DNA of 64,000 nt from NCBI GenBank assembly GCA_010909165.1, contig MU008154.1:372001-436000 (forward strand), given 5' to 3'. Shown piece after piece: positions 10,811 to 23,145 of the stretch. The stretch is from Anthoceros angustus (lineage: Eukaryota > Plantae > Anthocerotophyta). The position numbers and the translations under genes were made by a program. Under the pieces are notes generated by a model. It was not told the origin of the DNA. It saw nothing but the letters and a program-made list of their open reading frames with translations, and did not search any database. How positions within the stretch are numbered: position 1 is the stretch's first letter; the number at the start of each line of letters is the position of its first letter.

Positions 10811-13800
10811 ATGAGTGACTACCTGTCACGAGAAGTGGTGGAGAGGGAACTTACCACCAGCAGCGACGACGGGGAGAGGCTACTGGAGAACATTGGGAAA
10901 CGGGTGCACGGGCGAGGACGGAGACCAGTGACAGGCGCAACCCAAGACAGATTGACCAGTATCCATGTCTTGGGACGGCCAATGAATCTTGAAGGCCAAG
11001 CTCGGCGACCAAGGTTGAATAGTCGGCAAGAACGGAATACCGGGAGCGTCGGAGAACGCGACGGACCAGTCATGCCCACCACCGTGGAAGGTCCAACTCG
11101 CATATGCTAGCGAACTGTGCAGGCGAGGGCGTCCATAGCGACCTTTAGCTTCCATCAGATCCGGCCGTCCGCAAGTCCCACGAATTCGAAGTCGAACCAG
11201 AAAACCAAACGTTCGGACATGGAAGCACGAATGGCTAACCTGGAAAACGCGCTGGAGAAGAATTCTGAAACCCTCACGGGTCAGGCCGCGAAGATAGGTA
11301 GTGTGGAAACCAGCTTGAAAGCACTGGATGAGTTGTGTCGGACGAACCAACACCGGTTGGAAGACCAACTGGCGGGTGTCCTTCAACTGCTGGAACACTC
11401 AACCCCAATGGGGTCCGAACCAGCCATCCCAGCACACCCAACCCGACTCGTCCGCAAGTCCCACGAATTCCAGACGAAGTCGAACCACCGGAGCCCCCAC
11501 CTGTTCCTCAATGGGGAGCAGTGGGCAGAGAGGGTCGGGCCTCACCAGCACTGAACCATTCATCCGGTCGAAGTCGAGGGGCCGATGATACCCTGAAAAA
11601 ACTGGTGGTGGAGCTGCTGCCTGGAGAGAAGGACGACAAGGAGATCAAGGCGTTAGCACGCCGACTTCAGGTGATGCGTTATGAAAACTGGGAAAAGGCC
11701 AAAGCGAAGTTGGAGTCAGACCTGTTGGAGAGTGAGGAGCAGCATTTCAAACCCCGCCCTCAGCTCGACAAGGAGCTTCAGAGGAAGATCAAGACCACGA
11801 CCTTCGACGGGGTCGTTAAGGAGGCGCAGGGAGTGTATGACTGGCTGGACAAAATGGAGAAATACCTCACAGCGAGCGAAAAGGATGACTTACAGCGGAT
11901 TCAATTCTGCGTAATGTCTCTGGAGGGATATGCGTATAGGTGGTGGAGACAGAGGGAACGCCAAGTGGACCTGGGAATGGAACCAGCCATATACACTTGG
12001 GCGGTCTTCAGACAGGCTTTCTTGGAACAGTTCCTTCCTGTCAATCATAACCGAGACCTGTATCACCCGATTCATAAAATCTATCAATGTGGTACTATAC
12101 AAAATCTGCGACAAATTTTGCAGCTTACCTTGATCTACCCGTTTAGACGAGGAAATGAAGGTGGAGAAGTTTATCGGCGGGCTTCGCTTTGAGTTAAGGC
12201 GTTAACCAAACAAATCCAGGGACCACAGTAGAAGCTATCCGCCGCCATGAACTATGGCTTGAACAAATACAAACACCTGGGAACAGTCGGTGGTCAGAAA
12301 CAGAGGTATGGAAAGACATCAGCGCAATGAATAAAAACCAGTTTCAAAATCCTCTCAAGGTAAAAGAAGGAGTATCGTGACAAGAAGATGTGCTTCACTG
12401 CACAAGTGCGATCATGGTTCACAAACCGCCTCACCGCAAGGAGTTCATTGCATGGTCAAGGAGACGCAACACCACCCGAACCAGATCCATGTCTTGGGGC
12501 CAAAGAATCTTGAAGGCCAAGCTCGGCGACTCAAGGTTGAATAGTCGGCAAGAACGGAATACCGGGAGCGTTGAGTCGAACCAGATCCATGTCTTGGGAC
12601 GCCCATGCCCACCACCGTGGAAGGTCCAACTCGCATATGCTAGCGAACTGCAGGCGAGGGCGTCCGCATAGCGACCTTTAGCTTCGCATCCGGCATCTCG
12701 GGGGCCGCCCGCACGGAGGACATTCGTAACCAGAAAACCACAAGCGGTTCGGGACATGGAAGCACGAATGGCTAACCCGGAAAACGCTACTGAGAAGAAT
12801 TAAACCCTCACGTCGCCGAAGATAGGTAGTGTGGAAACCAGCTTGAAAGCACTGGATGAGTTGTGTCGGACGAACCAACACCGGTTGGAAGACCAACTGG
12901 CGGGTGTCCTTCAACTGCTGGAACACTCAACCCCAATGGGGTCCGAACCAGACGCGACCAGACCCACCCAACCTGACTCGTCCCCGCAAGTCCCACGAAT
13001 TCCAGACGAAGTCGAACCACCGGAGCCCCCACCTGTTCCTCAATGGGGAGCAGTGGGCAGAGAGGGTCGGGCCTCACCAGCACTGAACCATTCATCCGGT
13101 CGAAGTCGAGGCCGATGATACCAAAAACGGTGGTGGAGCTGCACCGGAGAGAAGGACGACAGGAGATCAAGGCGTTAGCACGCTTGTGATGCGTTATGAA
13201 CCGGGAAAAGGCCAAAGCGGTTGGAGTCGGACTGCTGAGAGTGAGGAGCAAGATTTCAAACCCCGCCTCACCGACAAGGAGCTTGAGGAAGATCAAGACC
13301 ACGACCTTCGGTCGTTAAGGAGGCGCAGGAGTGTATGGCTGGACAAAATGGAGAAATACCTCACAATGAAAAAAGGATGACTTACAGATTCAATTCGTAA
13401 TGTCTCGGAGGGATATGCGTATAGGTGGTGGAGACGGAGGGAGCGCCAAGTGGACACAGGAATGGAACCGACCATATACACTTGGGCGGTCTTGACAGGC
13501 TTTCTTGGAGCAGTTCCTTCACATCAATCATAACCGAGACTGTATCACCATTCAAGAAATCTATCAATGGTACTATACAAAATCTGCGACAAATTTTGCA
13601 CTTACCTTGATCTACCCGTTTGGACGAGGAACAGAAGGTGGAGAAGTTTATCGACGGGCTTCGCTTTGAGTTAAGAGCAGACGTTAACCAAACAAATCCA
13701 GGGACCCTGGTAGAAGCTATCCGGGCTGCCATGAACTATGGCTTGAATAAATACAAACACCTGGGAACAATCGGTGGTCAGAAACAGAGGTATGGAAAGT

Positions 13801-15813
13801 CTGTCAACGCAATGAATAAAAAACCAGTTTTCAAAATCCTCTCAGAAGCAGAAAAGAAGGAGTATCGTGACAAGAAGATGTGCTTCACTGCAGCGCAGAT
13901 CATGGTTCAACCGCCTCACCGCAAGGAGTTCATTGCATGGTCAAGGAGACGCAACACCACCACCCGAACCAGCCATCCCAACGGCACACCCAACAACCGC
14001 AGTAATCATTCGGTTACCATCGAAGAGGTAGGAGGCTATCACCCTCCCAGTAACCCCAAGGCTTGCAACGGCTGTTTTGTGCTGGAGGCCTGTGCTCTAC
14101 ACCATGTCCCCCTTAAATTCCGAGTACAACTGGAAGGCATGGCGGTCACAGCCCTGTTAGACAGTGGGGCCAGCCACCACTACATCTCTGAAGTGGCAGC
14201 CCGCAAGTCCCACGAATTCGAAGTCGAACCAGGAGCCCCACTGTTCCTCAATGGGGAGGCGGTGGGCGGAGGTCGGGCCTCACCAAGACCGAACCATTCA
14301 TCCAAGTCGAGGCCGATGATACCAAAAACGGTGGTGGAGCTGCACCGGAGAGAAGGACGACAGGAGATCAAGGCGTTAGCACGCTTGTGATGCGTTATGA
14401 ACCGGGAAAAGGCCAAAGCGGTTGGAGTCGGACTGCTGAGAGTGAGGAGCAAGATTTCAAACCCCGCCTCACCGACAAGGAGCTTGAGGAAGATCAAGAC
14501 CACGACCTTCGGTCGTTAAGGAGGCGCAGGAGTGTATGGCTGGACAAAATGGAGAAATACCTCACAATGAAAAAAGGATGACTTACAGATTCAATTGCGT
14601 AATGTCTCGGAGGGATATGCGTATAGGTGGTGGAGACGGAGGGAGCGCCAAGTGGACACAGGAATGGAACCGACCATATACACTTGGGCGGTCTTGACAG
14701 GCTTTCTTGGAGCAGTTCCTTCACATCAATCATAACCGAGACTGTATCACCATTCAAGAAATCTATCAATGGTACTATACAAAATCTGCGACAAATTTTG
14801 CACTTACCTTGATCTACCCGTTTGGACGAAACGAAGGTGGAGAAGTTTATCGGCGGGCTTCGCTTTGAGTTAAGAGCGACGTTAACCAAACAAATCCAGG
14901 GACCCCGGTAGAAGCTATCCGCCGCCATGAACTATGGCTTGAATAAATACAAACACCGGGAACAATGGTGGTCGAAACAGAGGTATGGAAAGACATCAGC
15001 GCAATGAATAAAAACCAGTTTCAAAATCCTCTCAAGGTAAAAGAAGGAGTATCGTGACAAGAAGATGTGCTTCACTGCACAAGTGCGATCATGGTTCACA
15101 AACCGCCTCACCGCAAGGAGTTCATTGCATGGTCAAGGAGACGCAACACCACCCGAACCAGCCATCCCAGCACACCCAACAACCGCAGAATCATTCGTTA
15201 CCATCAAGAGGTAGGAGGCATCACCCTCGGTAACCCCAAGGCTTGCAACGGTTGTGTCTTTGGAGGCTGTGCTCTACACCATGTCCCCTTAAATTCCGAG
15301 TACAACTGGAAGGCATGGCACAGCCTAGACAGGGGCCAGCCACCACTACATCTCAAGTGGCAGCCCGCAAGTCCCACGAATTCGAAGTCGAACCATCGAG
15401 CCCCACTGTTCCTCAATGGGGAGCAGGGTAGAGGGTCGGGCCTCACCGACCGAACCATTCATCCGGTCGAAGTCGAGGCCGATGATACCAAAAAGCGGTG
15501 GTGGAGCTGCCGGAGAGAAGGACGACAGGAGATCAAGGCGTTAGCACGCTTGTGATGCGTTATGAACCGGGAAAAGGCCAAAGCGGTTGGAGTCGGACTG
15601 CTGAGAGTGAGGAGCAAGATTTCAAACCCCGCCTCACCGACAAGGAGCTTGGAGGAAGATCAAGACCACGACCTTGACGGTCGTTAAGGAGGCGCAGGAG
15701 TGTATTGGACAAAATGGAGAAATACCTCACAATGAAAAGGATGACTTACAGATTCAATTGCGTAATGTCTGGAGGGATATGCGTATAGGTGGTGGAGACG
15801 GAGGGAGCGCCAA
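10811..15813 (+). pseudogene. Multiple frameshifted gag copies in tandem
   Basis: Gag peptides (WLDKMEKYL, YRWWRQ, EKFIDGLRFELRA, MNYGLNKYKH) recur four times, with jumps at ~12480, ~14207 and ~15371. Confidence 0.85.
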
Positions 15814-17976
15814 GTGGACACAGGAATGGAACCAGCAATATACACTTGGGCGGTCTTCAGACAGGCTTTCTTGGAACAGTTCCTTCCTGTCAATCATAAC
15901 CGAGACCTGTATCACCAGTTCCGCAAAATCTATCAACAGGGTACTATACAAGAGTACTGCGACAAATTTTTGCAGCTTACCTTGGATCTACCCCGTTTGG
16001 ACGAGGAACAGAAGGTGGAGAAGTTTATCGACGGGCTTCGCTTTGAGTTAAGGGCAGACGTTAACCAAACAAATCCAGGGACCCTGGTAGAAGCTATCCG
16101 GGCCGCCATGAACTATGGCTTGAACAAATACAAACACCTGGGAACAGTCGGTGGTCAGAAACAGAGGTATGGAAAGACTGTCAACGCAATGAATAAAAAA
16201 CCAGTTTTCAAAATCCTCTCAGAAGCAGAAAAGAAGGAGTATCAGGACAAGAAGATGTGCTTCACCTGCACAAGTGCAGATCATGGTTCACGAAACTGCC
16301 CTCACCGCAAGGAGTTCATTGCATGGCTGAAGGAGACGGGCAACACCACCCGAACCAGCCATCCCAACGGCACACCCAACAACCGCAGTAATCATTCGGT
16401 TACCATCGAAGAGGTAGGAGGCTGTCACCCTCCCAGTAACCCCAAGGCTTGCAACGGCTGTTGTGTGCTGGAGGCCTGTGCTCTACACCATGTCCCCCTT
16501 AAATTCCGAGTACAACTGGAAGGCATGGCGGTCACAGCCCTGTTAGACAGTGGGGCCAGCCACCACTACATCTCTGAAGTGGCAGCCCGCAAGGCAGACC
16601 TGCACATACAAGACTCGGGTCAACTATCTACAGTGGTGACGGCATTGGGCAGAAAGGACACCAGCGTAGAGAAGTGGGTAGAAGCTCACCTTACCTTCCC
16701 GGGGGGATATACGGAAGAGCTCAAACTGATAGTGATGCCCAGTCTCGCCCACGATGTGATAGTGGGGAAACCCTGGTTAGCGGCCCATTCCAAACATCTC
16801 CAGATAGATTGGTCGAACAATGTGGTCAACCTGCGAGTGGACCACCAACAGTATGAGTTAGTAGGGGAAGCACACCTCCCAGACAAGCATTTGTTCGCTG
16901 TTTCCGCGCTACATAAAGCAACTGCCCATGGCAGCTTCCTGTACATAGCAAAATTGAAGAAGGTTACCCCACTGGAAGGCACGGCAGAAACACGAGCGGA
17001 GCTAGCAAGACAGGCTGAAGAGGAACTGCCCGAGGACATGAAGTCCTTGCTGGTGGAATTCATGGATCTGTTTGCAGATCCCACTGAGCTCCCTCCTCGA
17101 CGTTCTGTGGACCACCGCATTGACCTGGTCACAGTACTAAACTCACAAGATCCACCACACAGTAACCTCATGGAGAATGCAGAAATCAAAAAACAGGTAG
17201 ATGCTTTCCTGGCTCAAGGGTTTGTAAAACCCTCCATCTCACCTTATGGAGCCCCAGTACTACTGGTTGCCAAGCCTGATGGGGGTTGGAGACTCTGTAT
17301 AGATTACCGAGGTCTCAACCGGGCAACTGTAAAGAACATGTATCAAATGCCACGAATTGATGAAATTCTGGACCAACTACACGGGTCAGTGTGGTTCACC
17401 AAGATTGACTTACGCTCTGGATTCCACCAGATACGTGTCAAAGAGGGTGACGAACACAAAACAGCGTTCCGAACCCGCCATGGCCATTATGAGTGGGTGG
17501 TGATGCCCATGGGCCTCACAAATGCACCGGCTACCTTTCAGTGCCTAATGCAGGACATCCTCAGGCCATTGTTGGGACGAGGTGTGGAAGTGTTTCTAGA
17601 TGATATCCTCATCCACTCCGCTGACACAGAAACCCACATTAAGTTGGTTAGAGCAGTCATGCAGCTCTTACAGAAACACCAACTCTTAGCAAAAAGGAGC
17701 AAATGCACCTTCATGCGCCGGGAAGTGGAGTACCTGGGGCACATTGTTACAAGAGACGGGATTAGAATGGACCCACGCAAGGTCAAAGCGATCACGGAGT
17801 GGCAGCTACCCACGGACATTACCCAACTCCGGGGATTCCTTGGACTTGCAGGGTTCTATCGGAGATTTATCCAGGGCTTCAGTCAGATCGCCCTACCTCT
17901 GACAGATGCTCTCAAACAATCTGCTAACAAACCCTTCCACTTGGATGCGGCCAAGCTTCGCCCAAGCAGGCATTGA
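15814..17976 (+). CDS. Retrotransposon gag-pol open segment: gag C-terminus, zinc knuckle, aspartic protease, reverse transcriptase
   Basis: CFTCTSADHGSRNC (CCHC), ALLDSGASHHYI, WRLCIDYRGLN, KIDLRSGFHQIRV, VMPMGLTNAPATFQ, VFLDDILI. Confidence 0.95.
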   Translation: MDTGMEPAIYTWAVFRQAFLEQFLPVNHNRDLYHQFRKIYQQGTIQEYCDKFLQLTLDLPRLDEEQKVEKFIDGLRFELRADVNQTNPGTLVEAIRAAMNYGLNKYKHLGTVGGQKQRYGKTVNAMNKKPVFKILSEAEKKEYQDKKMCFTCTSADHGSRNCPHRKEFIAWLKETGNTTRTSHPNGTPNNRSNHSVTIEEVGGCHPPSNPKACNGCCVLEACALHHVPLKFRVQLEGMAVTALLDSGASHHYISEVAARKADLHIQDSGQLSTVVTALGRKDTSVEKWVEAHLTFPGGYTEELKLIVMPSLAHDVIVGKPWLAAHSKHLQIDWSNNVVNLRVDHQQYELVGEAHLPDKHLFAVSALHKATAHGSFLYIAKLKKVTPLEGTAETRAELARQAEEELPEDMKSLLVEFMDLFADPTELPPRRSVDHRIDLVTVLNSQDPPHSNLMENAEIKKQVDAFLAQGFVKPSISPYGAPVLLVAKPDGGWRLCIDYRGLNRATVKNMYQMPRIDEILDQLHGSVWFTKIDLRSGFHQIRVKEGDEHKTAFRTRHGHYEWVVMPMGLTNAPATFQCLMQDILRPLLGRGVEVFLDDILIHSADTETHIKLVRAVMQLLQKHQLLAKRSKCTFMRREVEYLGHIVTRDGIRMDPRKVKAITEWQLPTDITQLRGFLGLAGFYRRFIQGFSQIALPLTDALKQSANKPFHLDAAKLRPSRH

Positions 17977-20900
17977 GCACCGGACCGATCTGGCGATGGC
18001 GGACCCAAAACCACGGTGTACACGGATGCATCAGACTTTGCTCTTGGGGCAGTCTTATCACAGGACGGACGAGTCATTGCCTATGAATCTCACAAGCTCC
18101 AAGGTGCACAAGTCAACTACGCAGTCCACGACAAGGAGATGCTAGCAATTGTCCATGCACTCAAGGCATGGCGGCATTACTTGCTCGGACAAAAGTTTAC
18201 AGTACACACTGACCATCACTCCCTTCAAGATTTCTTCACTCAACCGAATTTGAATGCGGACAAAGGCGGTGGTCGGTACTTAGCCGATTTCCATTTTGAC
18301 ATCAAGTATGTCGCAGGGGCCCTCCAACGCGATGGCGATGCCCTCGGCGAGCTCTCACGCTGATGTCCTCCCAACTGGACACCATCAGAGCGGTTCGGGC
18401 AGCGATCCTGGAGGATCCTCACCTGCAGGAGATTTATCGACAGCTGATCAAGGATACGGTAGGAGGAACACCCACAGCCTTGATGCACTTACCAACTTAA
18501 AGACGCCTTTCATGTCTGAAGGGCCGGCTGGTGATCCCACAACACTTGACGGACATCCAGCGAAGTATCTTGCATGACTTGCATGATTCCCCCATCTCTG
18601 GACACTTGGGCATCGACAGGACCTATGAACGGGTGAAAACCCATTTCCATTGGGAAGGCCTGCGCAATGACTGCATCCAGTGGGTCAGAAGTTGCACCTC
18701 ATGTCAGCAGGCAAAGCCCGAACACCAGAAAACACCAGGACTGCTGTTACCTCTGCAGGTACCTGAAGGCAGGTTCCAATCTATCTCCATGGATTTTGTG
18801 ACAGCCCTCCCACGTACACGCACAGGAAAGGACAGCATCTGGGTAGTTATGGACCGGTTGTCCAAATGTTGCCACTTCATTCCGGTGAATTCCAACATCA
18901 CAGCTCCAAAGTTGGCCAACATATTCACCAAGGAAATTTTCAGACTTCACGGCTGCCCTCAGAACATCGTTTCAGACCGCGACCCTAAGTTCACAGCAGG
19001 GTTCTGGCGAACCTTTACTGAAACCTTGGGCATCCAGCAGAGTTTGTCCTCCACATGCCACCCCGAGTGGCTGCACGCAGGCATGATCTGGTCTTTGGAA
19101 GACATGTTGAGACACTACACGCATGACAAGCAAGGCAAGTGGGAAGAACTCCTACCTCTCCTCGAGTACGCCTATGACTCAAACATGCGCCGGAAGTGGA
19201 GTAGGGCACATTGTTACAAGAGACGGATTAGAATGGACCCACGCAAGGTCAAAGCGATCACGGAGTGGCAGCTACCCACGGACATTACCAACTCCGGGAT
19301 TCCTTGGACTTGCGGTTCTATCGGAGATTTATCCAGGCTTGATCGGATCGCCTACCGACATGATGCTCTCAAACAATCGCTAACAAACCCTTCCACTTGG
19401 ATGCAAAGAAGGCTTCAAATCAAAATGAGCACGGACCTCCGGCAAAGGGCGACTTAAGGGTACCGTACACGATGCATCGACTTTGCTCTTGGGCGGTCTT
19501 ATCACAGACGGACGAGTCATTGCCTATGAATCTCACAAGCTCCAAGGTGCACAAGTCAACTACGCAGTCCACGACAAGGAGATGCTAGCAATTGTCCATG
19601 CACTCAAGGCATGGCGGCATTACTTGCTCGGACAAAAGTTTACAGTACACACTGACCATCACTCCCTTCAGCATTTCTTCACTCAACCGAATTTGAATGC
19701 CAGACAAAGGCGGTGGTCAGAGTACTTAGCCGATTTCCATTTTGACATCAAGTATGTCGCAGGGCCCTCCAACGCAGTGGCAGATGCCCTCAGCAGGCGA
19801 GCTCTCACGTTGATGTCCTCCCAACTGGACACCATCAGAGCGGTTCGGGCAGCGATCCTGGAGGATCCTCACCTGCAGGAGATTTATCAGCAACTGATCA
19901 AGGATACGGTAGGAGGAACACCCACAGCCTTGATGCAGACTTACCAACTTAAAGACGCCTGTGTCTACAGAAAGGGCCGGCTGGTGATCCCACAACACTT
20001 GACGGACATCCAGCGAAGTATCTTGCATGACTTGCATGATTCCCCCATCTCTGGACACTTGGGCATCGACAGGACCTATGAACGGGTGAAAACCCATTTC
20101 CATTGGGAAGGCTCGCAATGACGCATCCGATGGGTCAAGTTGCACCTCATGTCGCAGCAAAGCCCGAACACGAAAACACCGGATCGTCATACCGCAGTAC
20201 CAAGGTGTTCCAATCTATCTCCATGGATTTTGTGACCCTCCCACGTACACGCAAAGAAGATCTGGGTAGTTATGGACCGGTTGTCCAAATGTTGCCACTT
20301 CATTCCGGTGAATTCCAACATCACAGCTCCAAAGTTGGCCAACATATTCACCAAGGAAATTTTCGAGACTTCACTACCGCCTCGAACATCGTTTGCATCG
20401 CGACCCTAAGTTCATGCAGGTTCGCGAACCTTTCAAACCTTGGGCATCCAGAGTTTGTCCTCCACATGCCACCCCGAGTCCGGCATGGCGGCTGCAACGC
20501 CTGGTCTTTGGAAGACATGTTGAGACACTACACGCATGACAAGCAAGGCAAGTGGGAAGAACTCCTACCTCTCCTCGAGTACGCCTATAACAGCTCCAAA
20601 CATGCAGCCACTGGGGTGTCCCCCTTCAAGTTGCTTTACGGAGAAAACCCCCCACCACCAGGATTGTGGCCCGCTAGTGACACCAAGTGGAGGAGTGCGG
20701 CGGAAGTCGCCGAGGACATCTGGCAGGAGATCCAACAAGCCAAGCAACGACTCCTTTCAGCTCAGGACCGGGCAAGGAAATCCAGCAACAAGCACCGACG
20801 AGACATCTCTTACGCCATCGGGCAGTTAGTGTGGTTGCGCATCCGTCCTCACAGGTACCCGTCACTGATCCAGCAAAAGAACAAGCTGACCTACCGGTTT

Positions 20901-21400
20901 GCAGGCCCCTTCAAAGTCTTGCGCAGGATCAACGACGTCGCCTACACCCTTGAACTTCCGGCCGGTTGGCGCATGTGCCACACCTTCCATGTGAGCATGC
21001 TTAAACCGGTGATCCAGCGGCCGGCCCATCTTGCTCCGCCGTTACCGACAGCTCCAGCCGCCGAGGACGCCTCTACAACTCCAGGCATCACTGCCGATTC
21101 TGCAACTCCAACCGAGACGACCAACTTTGCCAACCCCGCCAGACCGGTCAACTCGACACCCATGCCACCCAAGACGTCAGCGACACCTAAACAGCGGCGG
21201 ACCAGACTTCCCCGCCATCCCCAGCTCACACCCCTCTCCCAACCGGACCGGATCCTCGAGGTACGCACCCGTAGATTGCGCAACAGGACAGTCCGAGACT
21301 ATTTGGTCGGGTGGAGCCAGGAGCCAGATGCCTCAGCCACTTGGGAGCCTGAGGCAATGCCGACGATTTCCCCACCTCCGACAGCAGCTCGACGGCCTGG
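17977..21400 (+). pseudogene. Frameshifted and partly duplicated RNase H, integrase and chromodomain
   Basis: TDASDFALGAVL; HDSPISGHLG..CTSC; ISMDFVTALP; IVSDRDPKF; RFAGPFKV (GPY/F); chromodomain PDRILEVRTRRLRNRTVRDYLVGWSQEPDASATWEPE at ~21243-21355. Confidence 0.9.
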
Positions 21401-21417
21401 AGGACCAGGCCTCTTGC

Positions 21418-21429
21418 AGTGGGGGAGAA
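21418..21429 (+). other. Polypurine tract
   Basis: AGTGGGGGAGAA immediately before the 3' LTR TG. Confidence 0.85.
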
Positions 21430-21858
21430 TGTTACGACCGCCAGGAGCCACAAGCCCGTGACGGCCCGAAGCCAGGAGACGAAGCCATGCAGGTGCCGGA
21501 ACCCGGCTTAGGTTATCAGACCTAGAGGTACCACGGACCGTTGTGAAGAAACCCCCCAGACAGATAATGACGCGTTAGGGCATGCTAACAAAAACCTTAA
21601 AACTTGTTTTCCTAAACTAGTCCTAGTAAATAGGTTATTTACTAACTTAGACTAGAGAAGGGGTTAAATCCCATTCGTGGTAGTTAGACTTGATCTTGAG
21701 CAGACTTCCCATCATTGCAGGGGCTTCTTGTGACACCAGCCCTTCTTGTACTATGGACACTAAGAATTCGAGAGCCATTTGCTGAAGGCTCATCTCACGA
21801 CGGGGAGCTCAGGCCCTAGAAGCGCATCTGGGCTTGAATGCAGATCCTTGCCGTGACA
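21430..21858 (+). repeat. 3' LTR
   Basis: TGTTACGACC...GCCGTGACA followed by TSD TATGC. Confidence 0.96.
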
Positions 21859-22665
21859 TATGCAACATCAATATAAAGCCGATTACAAATGTTTGAGTTT
21901 TTCTAATTAACTCTATCATATTATCAACAAAAAAGTTTGAGAAGAGATGTTATATTCGTTTCTTCAAACTTTACTTCAAAAGTAGAATAGAGATTGAGAG
22001 GGGAAATGACACATCTCTTTATTCCGAAAGCTTGAGTGTATAAACACTATTACCTATTTATCTTAAGAGCTTGAATAAAGAAATACTATTATCTATTTAC
22101 TTTAAGAGTTTTGAGTAAAGATATTGAAAGTGATCTATCTATATAATTACTTCAAAAGTATGCATAGAGAAATGCTCTTATCTATTCACTTTAGAAGTAG
22201 AAGATATTTGCTTTAGAGTTTGAATAGAAATGGATAAACAGATGTTGTCATATTATATCAGGAATCAAAATTCATCACCTAATTATTCTGAGGGCCAAAG
22301 TAGCTGCTAAAATTATGAAGGCCTCTTCAAAAAATAGTCCTCTACTGCTCCGTGAGATGTTAAAAGGATTGGCTACCATTAAGAACACAGTGGCCGCTGA
22401 AGGCAGCAGTCCGACGGCAGCAGTCCGACGGCAGTTTACTGAAGGCAGCAGTCCGACGGCCTCCGATTCCCTGTCTCGAAGCAAATGCTAGCTATGTCTT
22501 GGCTTTCACCAGCCAGCAAACATTGTAAGCTATTTTGATATCAGAGGTAGTGAGTGATGAAAACGTATAGCCGTCAGGGTTCTGGGGGCAGCAGCAGGTC
22601 ACCGAACGAGCACCAGTGCATGGTCAAACAGGGCTTTGAACTTGTTCATCTTCGGGCTCTCCAAG

Positions 22666-23112
22666 TTACTGCCGCAAGCTCTCAACAACATACGAGGCAT
22701 ACAAGTCCCTGCAAAGTAATTGCATGAACCTATGAATCACACTTTGTGTGTGTGTGCAGTGTTGTGCTGTGATATGCATAAACTGAAAGAGCAGAAACGA
22801 CTCACATGGAATGACTTATGGCCTGTTCAGCCTTCTCATGACCAAGAAATTGATCGACTGCAACTTCCTTGTTCTCGTTCTTCTTGTCTGAAGTTAGTCA
22901 AGGACACTAAAGGAAGGTGCAACGTGATGCCTGGTGCTACAACATGCAAGAGTCAGGAAAAGATACAGTCCTCAAAGAAGCGCCGAATTTCTGCCAGCCT
23001 GTGAGGCGGGAGCTGACTGATGTCCTGGTAGTGTCGGACGTCAGGATCATCAGCACAGACTGCAATGATCTTATCATCTTTCTCACCCTAATGTGCCATC
23101 ATCATGAGTGCA

Positions 23113-23145
<33 letters not shown>

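Larger units (their letters stand above)
9972..21858 (+). mobile_element. Full-length Ty3/gypsy LTR retrotransposon, chromovirus type, with internally multiplied gag and pol segments
   Basis: TG..CA LTRs at 9972-10370 and 21430-21858; 5-bp TSD TATGC (9967-9971, 21859-21863); PBS; PPT; domain order gag-PR-RT-RH-INT-chromodomain. Confidence 0.97.
8873..22552. mobile_element. Candidate non-autonomous CACTA-like element hosting the LTR retrotransposon
   Basis: Begins CACTAC (8873) and ends GTAGTG (22552), with AGT on both flanks (8870-8872, 22553-22555). The AT-rich interior has degenerate ~35-40 bp repeats on both sides of the LTR element. TIR identity beyond 6 bp is weak. Confidence 0.35.

Noticed and set aside
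9972-21858. Dating the insertion from LTR divergence
   Set aside because: LTR differences are dominated by indels that look like sequencing error.
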